The notes below the pieces were generated by a model, which searched no databases, had not been told where the DNA came from, and worked only from the letters and a program-made list of their open reading frames with translations. A DNA stretch of 64,000 nt from Spirochaetia bacterium (GTDB taxonomy: Bacteria > Spirochaetota > Spirochaetia > UBA9216). Location of the stretch: the NCBI GenBank assembly GCA_963675665.1, contig OY776510.1, positions 4,960,001 to 5,024,000 on the forward strand, read 5' to 3'. Positions within the stretch are counted from its first letter, which is position 1, and every line of letters begins with the position of its first letter. The position numbers were made by a program, and so were the translations under genes. This document shows, one piece after another, positions 19,631 to 29,107 of the stretch.

Positions 19631-20605
19631 ATGAAAAATCATTTTTATTTTCTGTTCATCATCCTGATCTTTACATCAATTGAACCTCTTTTCGGACAAT
19701 TTCATGATGCAGATATTAAAAAACTTTCAGAATATACCGGCTCACAGGTAAGGCTCCGAACTGAAAGCGGCGCTACTTTTCAGGGTATTTTGTATTCTGA
19801 CGATGCGGAATTTGTTACAATTATCGATCGGGACGGCCAGGCGGTTACAATCCTGAAAGAGAAACTGTCTGAAGCCTGGATAAGTGATCCGGGGCTTGAT
19901 AAAAAATCCTATTTTCAGGATTCTGCCGCTAACAGGCTTCTGGTAATGCCTACAGGTTTCCCGATGGAGCCTGAAGAATTTCATATTGCCGATCAGGAAA
20001 TTGCAGCAGTTACAATGAGCTATGGCGTTAACGATAACATCTCCCTGTGGGGAGGAATCAGCATACCCGGGGCCCTGGTAAGCGCGAGATACATTCTGCA
20101 AATCGGTGAAAAATCAGCAATTTCCGTCGGTTCGTTTGCCGGTCTTTCCTGGCTGGAATTCCTGGGCCTGCTGATACCCTATACTGTTTTTTCAACGGGG
20201 TCGCCGGAAAACAATTTTACAGTCGGGGCGGGAGCTGTCTTCGGTTTTGACGAGGCTTCTTTTGAGTTGAATGCAGCCATACTGGCGATCGGAGGCAAAA
20301 CGGTCCTTTCAGACACAACTGCCATAGTCACCGAAACATGGATTATTTGGGGAGAAATGCGGAATTTCCCTGCCGGTGAATCTACTGAAGATATACCTTA
20401 TACCAGTTCCTGGGATTATCTTCCGATTGCCGCTGTTCCGGGAATTGCCTTTCGCATAGCCGGAGAAAAATTCAGCTGGGACATCGGAGCAGTTCTGCCC
20501 CTTATGGCCGAGAAACAGGAGGGGAAATATCATATTGAAGGAATAGGCGGAGAGACCGGATTTATCCCCATCCCGCTGATATCGCTGACATACAGAATAG
20601 ACTGA
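19631..20605 (+). CDS. Exported hypothetical protein (Sm-like N-domain plus possible beta-barrel)
   Basis: AGGAGG RBS, signal peptide, amphipathic beta-strand pattern ending LISLTYRID. Confidence 0.6.
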   Translation: MKNHFYFLFIILIFTSIEPLFGQFHDADIKKLSEYTGSQVRLRTESGATFQGILYSDDAEFVTIIDRDGQAVTILKEKLSEAWISDPGLDKKSYFQDSAANRLLVMPTGFPMEPEEFHIADQEIAAVTMSYGVNDNISLWGGISIPGALVSARYILQIGEKSAISVGSFAGLSWLEFLGLLIPYTVFSTGSPENNFTVGAGAVFGFDEASFELNAAILAIGGKTVLSDTTAIVTETWIIWGEMRNFPAGESTEDIPYTSSWDYLPIAAVPGIAFRIAGEKFSWDIGAVLPLMAEKQEGKYHIEGIGGETGFIPIPLISLTYRID

Positions 20606-20663
20606 TAGAAAAAGTACGGATTCTGCTGCAAATATTGTATCCAAATATGCTATAATAATGTTC

Positions 20664-21431
20664 ATGAATAGCAAGAAAACAAATATGAAAGACCGTGTAG
20701 TTCTGATTACCGGTGCGGGGCGCGGAATAGGAAGGGCCTGTGCACTCACTTTTGCCGAAGCCGGCTGCGATATAGCACTTGGCTTGAGAGATCAAGAAAA
20801 TGCTCCCGACCTTGTTGAAGAAATAAAATCCAAAGGTGTCAGGGCCTTCCCCGTCCAGATGAATATCAGCCAAATGGATGAAATCTCTGCAGCGGTTGCT
20901 GAAGTAGTCAGCTATTTCGGACGAATTAATATCCTGGTGAACAACGCCGGAATAGGCGCTCCGAACCCTGCTGTTAAGGTAACTGAAAAAGATTTCGATG
21001 AAACAATTAATGTTAATCTGAAGGGAACATTTTTTACTTCCCAGGCTGTAGGGAAACAGATGATAAAACAAGGTACCGGCGGAAGTATAATTAATATGAG
21101 TTCTCAGGCCGGGTTTGTGGCTCTCGATACAGAATCCGTTTATTGCATGACCAAAGCTGGGATTTCACACCTTACCAAGTGTCTTGCGCTGGAATGGGCC
21201 CCTTATAATATCAGGGTCAATGCTGTAGCTCCGACCTTTATAAAAACACCGGGAACAGTAAAATGGCTGAAAAATGAAGAATTCCGCAAATCCGTACTTC
21301 AGCGAATTCCGCTTAACAGGACCGGGATCCCCGAAGATGTTGCCGATCCCGTGTTATTCCTTGCTTCAGACGAAGCTTCAATGATAACCGGTACGACACT
21401 TATGATAGACGGGGGATGGACGATTCAGTAG
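20664..21431 (+). CDS. Short-chain dehydrogenase/reductase
   Basis: TGAGRGIG, NNAG, YCMTK, IDGGW. Confidence 0.93.
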   Translation: MNSKKTNMKDRVVLITGAGRGIGRACALTFAEAGCDIALGLRDQENAPDLVEEIKSKGVRAFPVQMNISQMDEISAAVAEVVSYFGRINILVNNAGIGAPNPAVKVTEKDFDETINVNLKGTFFTSQAVGKQMIKQGTGGSIINMSSQAGFVALDTESVYCMTKAGISHLTKCLALEWAPYNIRVNAVAPTFIKTPGTVKWLKNEEFRKSVLQRIPLNRTGIPEDVADPVLFLASDEASMITGTTLMIDGGWTIQ

Positions 21432-21571
21432 GTAATATCGTTATAGCGACATTTATAACATTACCTGCGCTGGCTCCTTTTAGAAATTTAAATATTAAGG
21501 GAACCTCTGATATGATGTGACCCATGTCAAGTTAAAATATCCAGGTTTTATCTATAAGATCCCCCCCCTGT

Positions 21572-21770
21572 CCAGGACAGGAAGAAAGATAGAACAACGT
21601 TTATGCGGCGATAGACCACTCTGATATTCGCGGATTGGTTACCGCAGGTCAATGGGATCGTCGGGAGCTGCCTCTGTCTAAAACCGAGGATCAATATTAT
21701 TATTGCCTCATAGAGGTGCCGAGGGTTCTCCTTTATCACTGTTGTTGTTCTATCCATCCTTCTGTCCTGG
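21572..21770 (-). ncRNA. Putative bridge/seek RNA of the IS110-family element
   Basis: 27-nt closing stem (21744-21770 with 21572-21598) enclosing two hairpins whose flanks match the target (TCTAAAA, TAGAGGT) and the donor junction (TCTGATAT, CAAT). Confidence 0.75.
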
Positions 21771-21794
21771 TAGCTTATTAACCAACTATCGAAG

Positions 21795-22898
21795 TCATGC
21801 GACTTCTGTTCTACCTACCATCATTCCCCAAATAAATCCTGATAATTCTCTGGCAACTGCCGTAACAGTTTTCTGAGGGCATACCCCTCTACGAATCATC
21901 CTGAAATATTTCTTACTCAACCTTCTGCCGGCTTTATCAGCATAAGCTATTGTTTCAGCAGATTGTCCTTTCCTTCTCGCTGTCAGTCGTTTCGATGGCG
22001 AATACCTTTGGTAATGCCAGCTTGATTCCACTAACAGCCGTCGTAGCCTGGAGTTGCCGGCCTTCGTAATCCCGCCAAGCTTCCGGCCCTCTCCGCTTGA
22101 GTATTCTGACGGCACAAGTCCAAGATACGCCATGAAGGATTCCGCTTTTTTAAATCTTCTGAAATCTCCTATCTCGCATACAAATGTTAATGCTGTTAAT
22201 GTCTCTATACCTTTGAAACATCGAAGCCGGGATACCCTTTCTTTATATCTGTCTTCAGCAGCAATCTCTTCTATTTTTTCCTGCAACCGTTCAATCTTTT
22301 CCTCTAATTCCACAATCGCAAGATAATATTCTTTTAAAACTTCTTTATGCATTACCTGTTCAAACTGCAAGTTTTTCAACCAGGTTCGATGCGCCCCTGT
22401 CCAGTACTTTTTCCCAATATCATATTTCTTCCCGTTCCTTAGCAGAAACTGTAAGAGCCTCTGTTTCTGTTTCCTCAAATCAATTTTCATATCGTTACAC
22501 ATCCTCATGTAATCACGAACTGATTCATCTGTGCGTGTCGGTATATTCACCGGTGTTATTTCCTGATTCCTTAATGCTCTGGCTAATTTGACTGCATCCC
22601 TCTTGTCTGTCTTTATTCGGTCTCCGGGTTTCCTCGGCAATAATGATGGTGCTGCTACGTAACAGATAATTCCCATATCTTCAAGTAATCTATAAAGTGT
22701 AAATCCTGTAGGGCCTGCTTCGTAACAACACAGAATATTTTCTCCATTCTCTTTAAGTCGCTTGAAGAATCTTTTAATATTTCCGGGTTCGTTCCTGAGC
22801 TCTCTTTCAAACTCAGGATTCTGATAATTATCTCTGAATACCGCTACTGCGATTGATTCCTTGTGGACATCCATCCCTACATAAATTACACTATTCAT
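21795..22898 (-). CDS. IS110-family DEDD transposase/recombinase
   Basis: VGMDVHK, YEAGPTG, KTDKRDA (RuvC-like DEDD), YLGLVPSEYSSG with catalytic Ser; GGAGG RBS before ATG22898. Confidence 0.95.
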   Translation of the reverse strand: MNSVIYVGMDVHKESIAVAVFRDNYQNPEFERELRNEPGNIKRFFKRLKENGENILCCYEAGPTGFTLYRLLEDMGIICYVAAPSLLPRKPGDRIKTDKRDAVKLARALRNQEITPVNIPTRTDESVRDYMRMCNDMKIDLRKQKQRLLQFLLRNGKKYDIGKKYWTGAHRTWLKNLQFEQVMHKEVLKEYYLAIVELEEKIERLQEKIEEIAAEDRYKERVSRLRCFKGIETLTALTFVCEIGDFRRFKKAESFMAYLGLVPSEYSSGEGRKLGGITKAGNSRLRRLLVESSWHYQRYSPSKRLTARRKGQSAETIAYADKAGRRLSKKYFRMIRRGVCPQKTVTAVARELSGFIWGMMVGRTEVA

Positions 22899-23187
22899 AG
22901 TGGCCTCCGTTCCTTTGTATGTGGCGTGTCTGCGCTTTGCCATTAGCCATTGTGTAGGCTAATCCACGATTTTGCAAACACGGCGGTCACTTCATATTGT
23001 CTAATAATCCTAAATTGGGCTTATCAGAGTTTTGAAACACTCTGTGTTTCCGGGAGTTTATTTATTTCCTTATCAGTCAATAAATAAACATCCAATACAT
23101 CTAAGGAAGACTTCGAAAACTAAAGTTTTATAAAACTGCAGTTTTTAGAAGTCCCCTTAACTCAAACTATTAATATGCATCAGATTT

Positions 23188-24003
23188 TCATTCAAAAACA
23201 TAATGAATCCTTGATTTTATCTGATTGTACATTGACCCCGGCATGCCAATTGTCATATCCTCGGGATTAAATCCTCCCCACCCAACAGCACCAGGGTCAG
23301 ATAACATCACATTTGCTTTCCCATTCCTGTAAGGATATGCTGTTGTGGATAGACACATGCCCATTGCAGCTGTATGATTCAGACATATATAATTCATCAG
23401 TCTCTGCATCCACTTTCGTTTCATCGTTGATGTAACAAGTGCCAGCACAGGAACTGATTGTACAAATCCGGATGCAAAAACTTTATTGAATGCAAGTATA
23501 TTTTTTTGACGCTTATCATTTTTATCTGAATCCTTGTCTGCTGAGGTTCCCGGAATAAATCTGTCATTTATTGAAAAAGCAATTTGCCCAAGGAATTCAT
23601 CGTCAAGATTCTCAGGTCCGAGCGTGACAACAATATCTTCCATTACAGATTTTGGTACTGTTATGGAAACAACATCAGGGTTACAAATGTCTGTAATTAA
23701 TGGATGCCGGGTCATATTCATATCAGCATTAAAAATGAAAATAGCACGGTTCTTCTTCTCATATCTTATGGAAACCACACTATCAATATCGTTTTGAGGA
23801 TCACGCAATCCGAGCGCAACAAATCCCCATGCACACACTTTCAGAGATTCCTCGGTAATTAGAAGGCCTTCATTATATCTTCCTGCAAGCAATAGCCCGA
23901 GAGCTTCGCAATAGGAGCGAACTTCAGGTGTCGGCAAATCAGTTTTCGGTATTTCCTGATAAAATTTAATTCCTATCGGAATACGATTATGTTTTGTTTC
24001 CAC
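23188..24003 (-). CDS. DUF169-like protein
   Basis: PIGIKF, YCEA, CAWGFVALG, PDVV, MC, D...G..PEDM.IGMP pattern of DUF169. Confidence 0.6.
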   Translation of the reverse strand: METKHNRIPIGIKFYQEIPKTDLPTPEVRSYCEALGLLLAGRYNEGLLITEESLKVCAWGFVALGLRDPQNDIDSVVSIRYEKKNRAIFIFNADMNMTRHPLITDICNPDVVSITVPKSVMEDIVVTLGPENLDDEFLGQIAFSINDRFIPGTSADKDSDKNDKRQKNILAFNKVFASGFVQSVPVLALVTSTMKRKWMQRLMNYICLNHTAAMGMCLSTTAYPYRNGKANVMLSDPGAVGWGGFNPEDMTIGMPGSMYNQIKSRIHYVFE

Positions 24004-24067
24004 TTTTTAATCCTTCCGACCGCAAGTGCAATTCGGACAGGTAAGTATTGGCCGCTTTTTTCTTTTT

Positions 24068-24096
24068 ATAATAGAACCTGAAAAACACGCTGTCAA
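24068..24096 (-). promoter_or_regulatory. Sigma70 promoter of the DUF169-like gene
   Basis: TTGACA-N17-TATTAT. Confidence 0.65.
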
Positions 24097-24357
24097 GTTT
24101 ACTGTTCCCTTGAAACAGCAGTTAAGAACGCATTGTTGAAAATTTTAATGGCAAGAGCGAAATTTACACAGTTTACCAAGTTTCTTTAAATTACTTTATT
24201 TGATTTATCAAATCAACCGGCAGGGGAGGTCATAACCCGGAGACAGTGTATCCTGATTCTTTATTTCCTTATACCGGAGAAATGAGTACTCCCGGTGTAT
24301 AAGCAGGAATGCCGGTAAAAACCGGCTTTCCTGTGTAAATAATATTTTTATGCAGCC

Positions 24358-25242
24358 CTAAAGGCCAATCATGAACATTCTGTTTCTCATAAACTCGATA
24401 GACTTTTTCATCATTTCGTCCAGCTGTTCCTGAGTTGCGCCGTTTGATAAATCCCGCCAAAGTGAAACCGCATCGGCAATTCCGCCTCCGAAAAGTACAA
24501 ACGGTTCATAACTGATAGTTCCTTTATAACCTGTCTGCTTAAGAGCCTTAAGCATGGCATCCCAATCGGCGGAGCCGAATCCCGGCAGTTTCCTGTTATT
24601 TTCACCGACATGCAGATGTCCCAGCTTGTCGCCGGCTATATACAGAGCTTCGATCATGTCATTTTCTTCGATGTTCATATGAAAGGTATCAAGGTTGATT
24701 TTTGCGTTAGGACTGCCCACTTCATTGACAAAATCAACAGCTTCCTGCGCAGTATTAATCATAAACGATTCGAACCGGTTTACAGATTCAATACAGTATA
24801 AAATACCGTTGTCTTCCGCATATTTTATGGCTTCCTTAACGCTTTTAAGCGCAATATCGCGGCGGATATACTTTTCGTCAATGGTTTTGATTTTCGAACT
24901 CCAGGCTGAGTGAGTCAGCCCGCCCCACACACGCCCGTTTAAATAACTGACGATTTCAAGAGTTTTCCTTACGTGTGCCAACCCATTTTGACGAATTGAT
25001 TCGTCAGCAGAAGATAAATCCTGGTCTTCTCCGAGCCCTGTAGAAAACTGAAGTTCAATACCCAGATCACCGGAAATAGATTTGTACTCATCTATTTTTT
25101 CCCTGGGATGATTTACCAGATAAGCAGTAAACAGTTCAATTGCGTCAAACCCCAGGCTTGCCGCTTTTTTAATCAGGGGCGAAAAATCATTTTCCGGCCA
25201 CTCTTTTACTAAAGAAATTGAGTTAATTCCAATCTTATTCAT
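24358..25242 (-). CDS. D-psicose/D-tagatose 3-epimerase family (ketose 3-epimerase)
   Basis: ESVNRFE, DTFHMNIEE, HLHVGENNR, EPF metal and catalytic residues. Confidence 0.9.
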   Translation of the reverse strand: MNKIGINSISLVKEWPENDFSPLIKKAASLGFDAIELFTAYLVNHPREKIDEYKSISGDLGIELQFSTGLGEDQDLSSADESIRQNGLAHVRKTLEIVSYLNGRVWGGLTHSAWSSKIKTIDEKYIRRDIALKSVKEAIKYAEDNGILYCIESVNRFESFMINTAQEAVDFVNEVGSPNAKINLDTFHMNIEENDMIEALYIAGDKLGHLHVGENNRKLPGFGSADWDAMLKALKQTGYKGTISYEPFVLFGGGIADAVSLWRDLSNGATQEQLDEMMKKSIEFMRNRMFMIGL

Positions 25243-25340
25243 AAAATCTCTCTATCCTCCGTATCTTTTCAAATAACCCTTAGGTTTTATTAACAGTAAT
25301 ATACTTCAATTTTTAAATGTACAATTCATGGTTATTAAAA

Positions 25341-26330
25341 TTATTTACCCTCGAAGATCTTGTACTTCGTTGCATCAATTAGTACAGCAATGATAATCAT
25401 CGCACCCCGTAACGAATCAATCCAATACGGTGATACATCTACCAGATTCAGGCTTGTACTGATTGTGCTTAACAACAATACACCACCGAGAGAATTCAGA
25501 ATGCTGCCCTTGCCGCCGAATAGGCTTACACCGCCTAAAATGGTAGCTGCAACCGCCTCCATTGAATACCCTGAAGTCATGTTTATCAGAACTGAATTCA
25601 ATTTGCCCGCAATCAGTAATCCGGCAAGCGATGATAACATGCCGCTTAATATATATGCTGTTGTTATAATTTTGCCGGTTTTCACACCGGCAACTCTCGC
25701 CGCAACCGGATTTGCTCCTGTTGCCTTCAGTTTCTTTCCGTATGCGGTTTTGGATACAAATATATGAAATATTGTATAGCAGACCAGTAATACAACAACT
25801 CCGACAGGAACAAGTCCTGCAATTCGCTGAGAACCTAGAAAGGTAAAACCTTTCGGCATTACGAAAAAGTTTTCACCTTCCGATATGAGGAGGGCAATTC
25901 CGCCGAAGCCCAGCATCATACTTAGTGTATATATCATCGCGTCCAGTTTCATAACTACAACAAAGAAACTGTTGATCGCACCGACAAGAGCCCCTACAGC
26001 AAGCAGCGCTATAATACCGATTACAAAATTCAAGCCCAATCCGCTGCCCATTCCGATTGCATACGGCGCAATAAGCTTCGCGGCAACAACAGTCGACAGG
26101 ATCATTGTTGATTCTGCCGTCAGATCCAGCTTGCCTGACATCATACACAACGCCTGACCGATAACAAGCACGCCCAGCAATACAGATTTATCAAGAATAT
26201 TGATGAAGATATTGTATGACCGGAATCCCGGTAAGGATATTGTACATATGATCAGCATGATCAACAATAAAAACCATATTAAATTGTCGCTGATAATCCT
26301 GGTAAGGACTCTGTTATTTATGCTTCTCAT
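25341..26330 (-). CDS. Sugar ABC transporter permease (RbsC-like)
   Basis: G.LDL, G.N..AARVAG, AATILGGVSLFGGKG. Confidence 0.92.
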   Translation of the reverse strand: MRSINNRVLTRIISDNLIWFLLLIMLIICTISLPGFRSYNIFINILDKSVLLGVLVIGQALCMMSGKLDLTAESTMILSTVVAAKLIAPYAIGMGSGLGLNFVIGIIALLAVGALVGAINSFFVVVMKLDAMIYTLSMMLGFGGIALLISEGENFFVMPKGFTFLGSQRIAGLVPVGVVVLLVCYTIFHIFVSKTAYGKKLKATGANPVAARVAGVKTGKIITTAYILSGMLSSLAGLLIAGKLNSVLINMTSGYSMEAVAATILGGVSLFGGKGSILNSLGGVLLLSTISTSLNLVDVSPYWIDSLRGAMIIIAVLIDATKYKIFEGK

Positions 26331-27819
26331 TGTCAGTTCCTCCTTCAAATGCCATCAACAACTCATTTATTGTAAGCCCCTCATTTTTATATTCGCAGAC
26401 AAGTTCACCATCCCTTAGAATAAAAACCCTGTTGCTTAGACTCAGTATTTCATCCATTTCAGATGAGATCAGGATAATACTCTTCCCTTGTTCGCAAAGT
26501 TGTCTCATAAGTTTATAGATCTCATCTTTCGCCCCGACATCTATTGCTTTTGTCGGTTCATCCATAATCAAAATCTGGGGGCATAGTTCGAGTAATTTTC
26601 CTACAACAACTTTCTGCTGGTTGCCTCCGCTGAGGTTTTCCGCAAGTTGCTCAATGCCGGATAGTTTAATATTCAGATTTGCAACGCTTTTTTGTGTTAT
26701 CTCCCGTGCATTACGCTCGTTGTAAAAGCCTAATCCGGTTTTAAGCTTATCGATACTCGGTAAAGCTACATTTTCTTTTACGCTGAAAGGCATTATCAAC
26801 CCTTCACCTCTTCTGTCTTCAGTCATGTAGACTATGCCCAGATCTATTGCCTTTTTGGGAGAGTCTATGACAACTTCTTTACCGTTCAGCATTATCATTC
26901 CTGATTCAATCTTATCAAGACCTGAGATCGCTCTTGCTATCTCGGTTCTTCCAGAACCCGTCAACCCGGCCAAACTGATAATCTCGCCTTTTTTCAAATT
27001 AAAACTTATCTTGTTCAGTTTCTCAAGGGTGGTCAGGTTCCTTGCCGACAGCACAACTTCATCTGAAGGAACAGGCAATTCAGATACTGTACTTAAATAG
27101 TCGCCTACCATTAATTTTGTTATTTCTTTTTTATTGAGACCAGAGACCTCTCTAGTCTCAACGTTTTTACCGTCCCGAAGAATAGTAACTTTGTCACAAA
27201 GATCGAATATCTCCTGCAGGTAGTGTGATATATAAATAATTGCTACATCCTGTTGCTTAAGTTTGCGGACAAAGCCGAACAATATCTCAATTTCATGTTG
27301 AGACAGTGCAGGTGTAGGCTCATCAAGAACAATTATCTTAGGTGATGCGAAAAGAGCACTTGCAATACCAAGCATCTGCACTTCACCGACACTCAAATTT
27401 TTAATCTTTTCTGTCGGGGCAAAATGCAATTCGACCCTTTGCAAAATATCCTTTGATGTTTTGCACGCTTCTTTCCAGTTGATTGCGCCGCTTATTTTTA
27501 GTGGCATTTTTCCCATCAACAGATTTTCAGCAACAGACAGCTCCTCAACAAACTCTATATGCTGCGATACAACTTCTATACCGCAAGCTTTACTCTCTCT
27601 TATGCTGTCAAAATCTACATCTTCACCGTCAAGAATGATTGCGCCTGAATCTTTTTTATACAGGCCGCACAATATTTTCATCAATGTCGATTTACCAGCG
27701 CCGTTGCTTCCGACAACCGCATGAATTTCACCCTTTTTGGCTGAAAGGCAAACATCTTCGAGCACTTTGACACCGGAAAACGATTTACATATATTTTTCA
27801 TCTCAAGAATTTTGCTCAT
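26314..27819 (-). CDS. Sugar ABC transporter ATP-binding protein (RbsA-like, two NBDs)
   Basis: GSNGAGKST, LDEPT, LSGGNQQK, DEPT..IDVGAK. Confidence 0.95.
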   Translation of the reverse strand: MSKILEMKNICKSFSGVKVLEDVCLSAKKGEIHAVVGSNGAGKSTLMKILCGLYKKDSGAIILDGEDVDFDSIRESKACGIEVVSQHIEFVEELSVAENLLMGKMPLKISGAINWKEACKTSKDILQRVELHFAPTEKIKNLSVGEVQMLGIASALFASPKIIVLDEPTPALSQHEIEILFGFVRKLKQQDVAIIYISHYLQEIFDLCDKVTILRDGKNVETREVSGLNKKEITKLMVGDYLSTVSELPVPSDEVVLSARNLTTLEKLNKISFNLKKGEIISLAGLTGSGRTEIARAISGLDKIESGMIMLNGKEVVIDSPKKAIDLGIVYMTEDRRGEGLIMPFSVKENVALPSIDKLKTGLGFYNERNAREITQKSVANLNIKLSGIEQLAENLSGGNQQKVVVGKLLELCPQILIMDEPTKAIDVGAKDEIYKLMRQLCEQGKSIILISSEMDEILSLSNRVFILRDGELVCEYKNEGLTINELLMAFEGGTDNEKHK

Positions 27820-27820
27820 A

Positions 27821-28870
27821 TTATTCGCCTTCTCTATCAACAATTTCCGATTGCCTGTAAAGCTTCTTGATGCGCATTTCCGCTTTATGAATAATCGAGT
27901 ATTTAATACTGTCTATATTTATTGCAAACAGGATCAGCAGACCGCTAATCGTCTGCATCCAGAATGCTGAAACATTCATTAGCTTCAATCCGTTGTCAAT
28001 GACTCCCAGCAGTAATACACCGCCAAGCACTCCCAGAAAATTACCGACGCCACCTCTCAAGCTTACACCGCCGATAACGCATGCAGCGAAAATCATGAAT
28101 GTCATTCCAGTGCCCATGGACGCATTAACGCTGTTATACTGACCGGCCATCATAATTCCTCCAAGGGCAGCGAGAATACCGCTGAATACATAAGCAATAA
28201 TGATTACCCGCTCATGCTTGATTCCGGATTCAATTGCAGCCTTGATATTACCGCCGACGATGAGAACATTTCTTCCGAAGGATCTGTGCCTCAAAATATA
28301 TTCCGCCAATATAAATAATCCGATAAATAAAAAAACCATCAGAGGAATTTGCCAAACTTTATACTGCCCCAAAAATGTATAAAACCTGGGCAGCCCTGAA
28401 ATTGTCTTTCCGCTGGTCAATATTATCGCTATACCGCGTAATGTAATTGACATGGCAAATGTAGTAATTAATGGATTCATTCTCACTTTCACAATGAAAA
28501 ATCCATTTATCAAACCAATTAACCCGCCGGACAGCAACGCAATGATAATCGCAATCATGGGATGCACAAGTTCACCAAGTAGTTCTTCGGATATAAAACA
28601 TGTACCCAGTATGACAGCAAATGCTAAAGTCGCCTCTTGTGACAAATCCAGCTTCCCGGTCATCAGACAAAAACTTTGGCCTATTGCAAGAACTCCCAAA
28701 ATAGCACTATAAAACAATACATTGACAAGATTTCTGGGTGTAAAGAAGAATTTATTTGATAGTATCATTATTAAAAATATCACAATAAAAATTTCCCATA
28801 TGAAATTGTTAAATATGGAAATAACAAGCTGATTTTTCTTTTTTATAAGATTTATTTGCTGCTTGTCCAT
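27821..28870 (-). CDS. Sugar ABC transporter permease (RbsC-like)
   Basis: GKLDLS, GGN..AA, AACVIGGVSLRGGVG; AAGGAG RBS. Confidence 0.92.
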   Translation of the reverse strand: MDKQQINLIKKKNQLVISIFNNFIWEIFIVIFLIMILSNKFFFTPRNLVNVLFYSAILGVLAIGQSFCLMTGKLDLSQEATLAFAVILGTCFISEELLGELVHPMIAIIIALLSGGLIGLINGFFIVKVRMNPLITTFAMSITLRGIAIILTSGKTISGLPRFYTFLGQYKVWQIPLMVFLFIGLFILAEYILRHRSFGRNVLIVGGNIKAAIESGIKHERVIIIAYVFSGILAALGGIMMAGQYNSVNASMGTGMTFMIFAACVIGGVSLRGGVGNFLGVLGGVLLLGVIDNGLKLMNVSAFWMQTISGLLILFAINIDSIKYSIIHKAEMRIKKLYRQSEIVDREGE

Positions 28871-29064
28871 TAGAACGCTCCTTGCATATGAATTCCCAAC
28901 ACTTATATATGGACAAAATCGACTCACTGATATTTTATCGATTAGGAAAATTATAGCTGCCTGAATACGTCTGTTTTCTATTGATGAATATAAAGCAGCT
29001 CATTACCAACTCTAAAAGGGATTTCAATCACCTTTTTTGGTCAACTATCATTACAAAAATAAAA

Positions 29065-29099
29065 AATATGTTGCCGAAAAAATGCTTCGGCAACATATT
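29065..29099 (-). terminator. Stem-loop/terminator after the substrate-binding protein gene
   Basis: 14-bp stem AATATGTTGCCGAA/TTCGGCAACATATT followed by a T-run on the minus strand. Confidence 0.7.
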
Positions 29100-29107
29100 A
29101 CTCTATG

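Larger units (their letters stand above)
21509..23002 (-). mobile_element. IS110-family (IS1111-group) insertion sequence, ~1.49 kb
   Basis: Sub-terminal inverted repeats ATATGATGTGACC (21510-21522) and GGTCACTTCATAT (22985-22997), 12/13 match; TCT core at both ends (21506-21508, 23000-23002); short left end and ~290-bp right end. Confidence 0.92.
21499..23156. mobile_element. MITE-like element copy A, interrupted by the IS110-family element; TTAA flanks
   Basis: GGGAACCTCT (21499-21508) continues after the IS as AATAATCCTAAATTGGGC...GTTTTTAGAAGTCCCC (23003-23156), matching the copy at 33755; TTAA at 21495-21498 and 23157-23160. Confidence 0.85.

Noticed and set aside
21548-21757. 69-aa ORF in the IS right end
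   Set aside because: No recognisable motif, and it coincides with the strongly base-paired putative bridge RNA.
24220-24335. Riboswitch upstream of the DUF169-like gene
   Set aside because: The hairpins lie upstream of that gene's promoter (24068-24096) and just after the epimerase stop, which fits transcript-end structures. No riboswitch consensus is visible.
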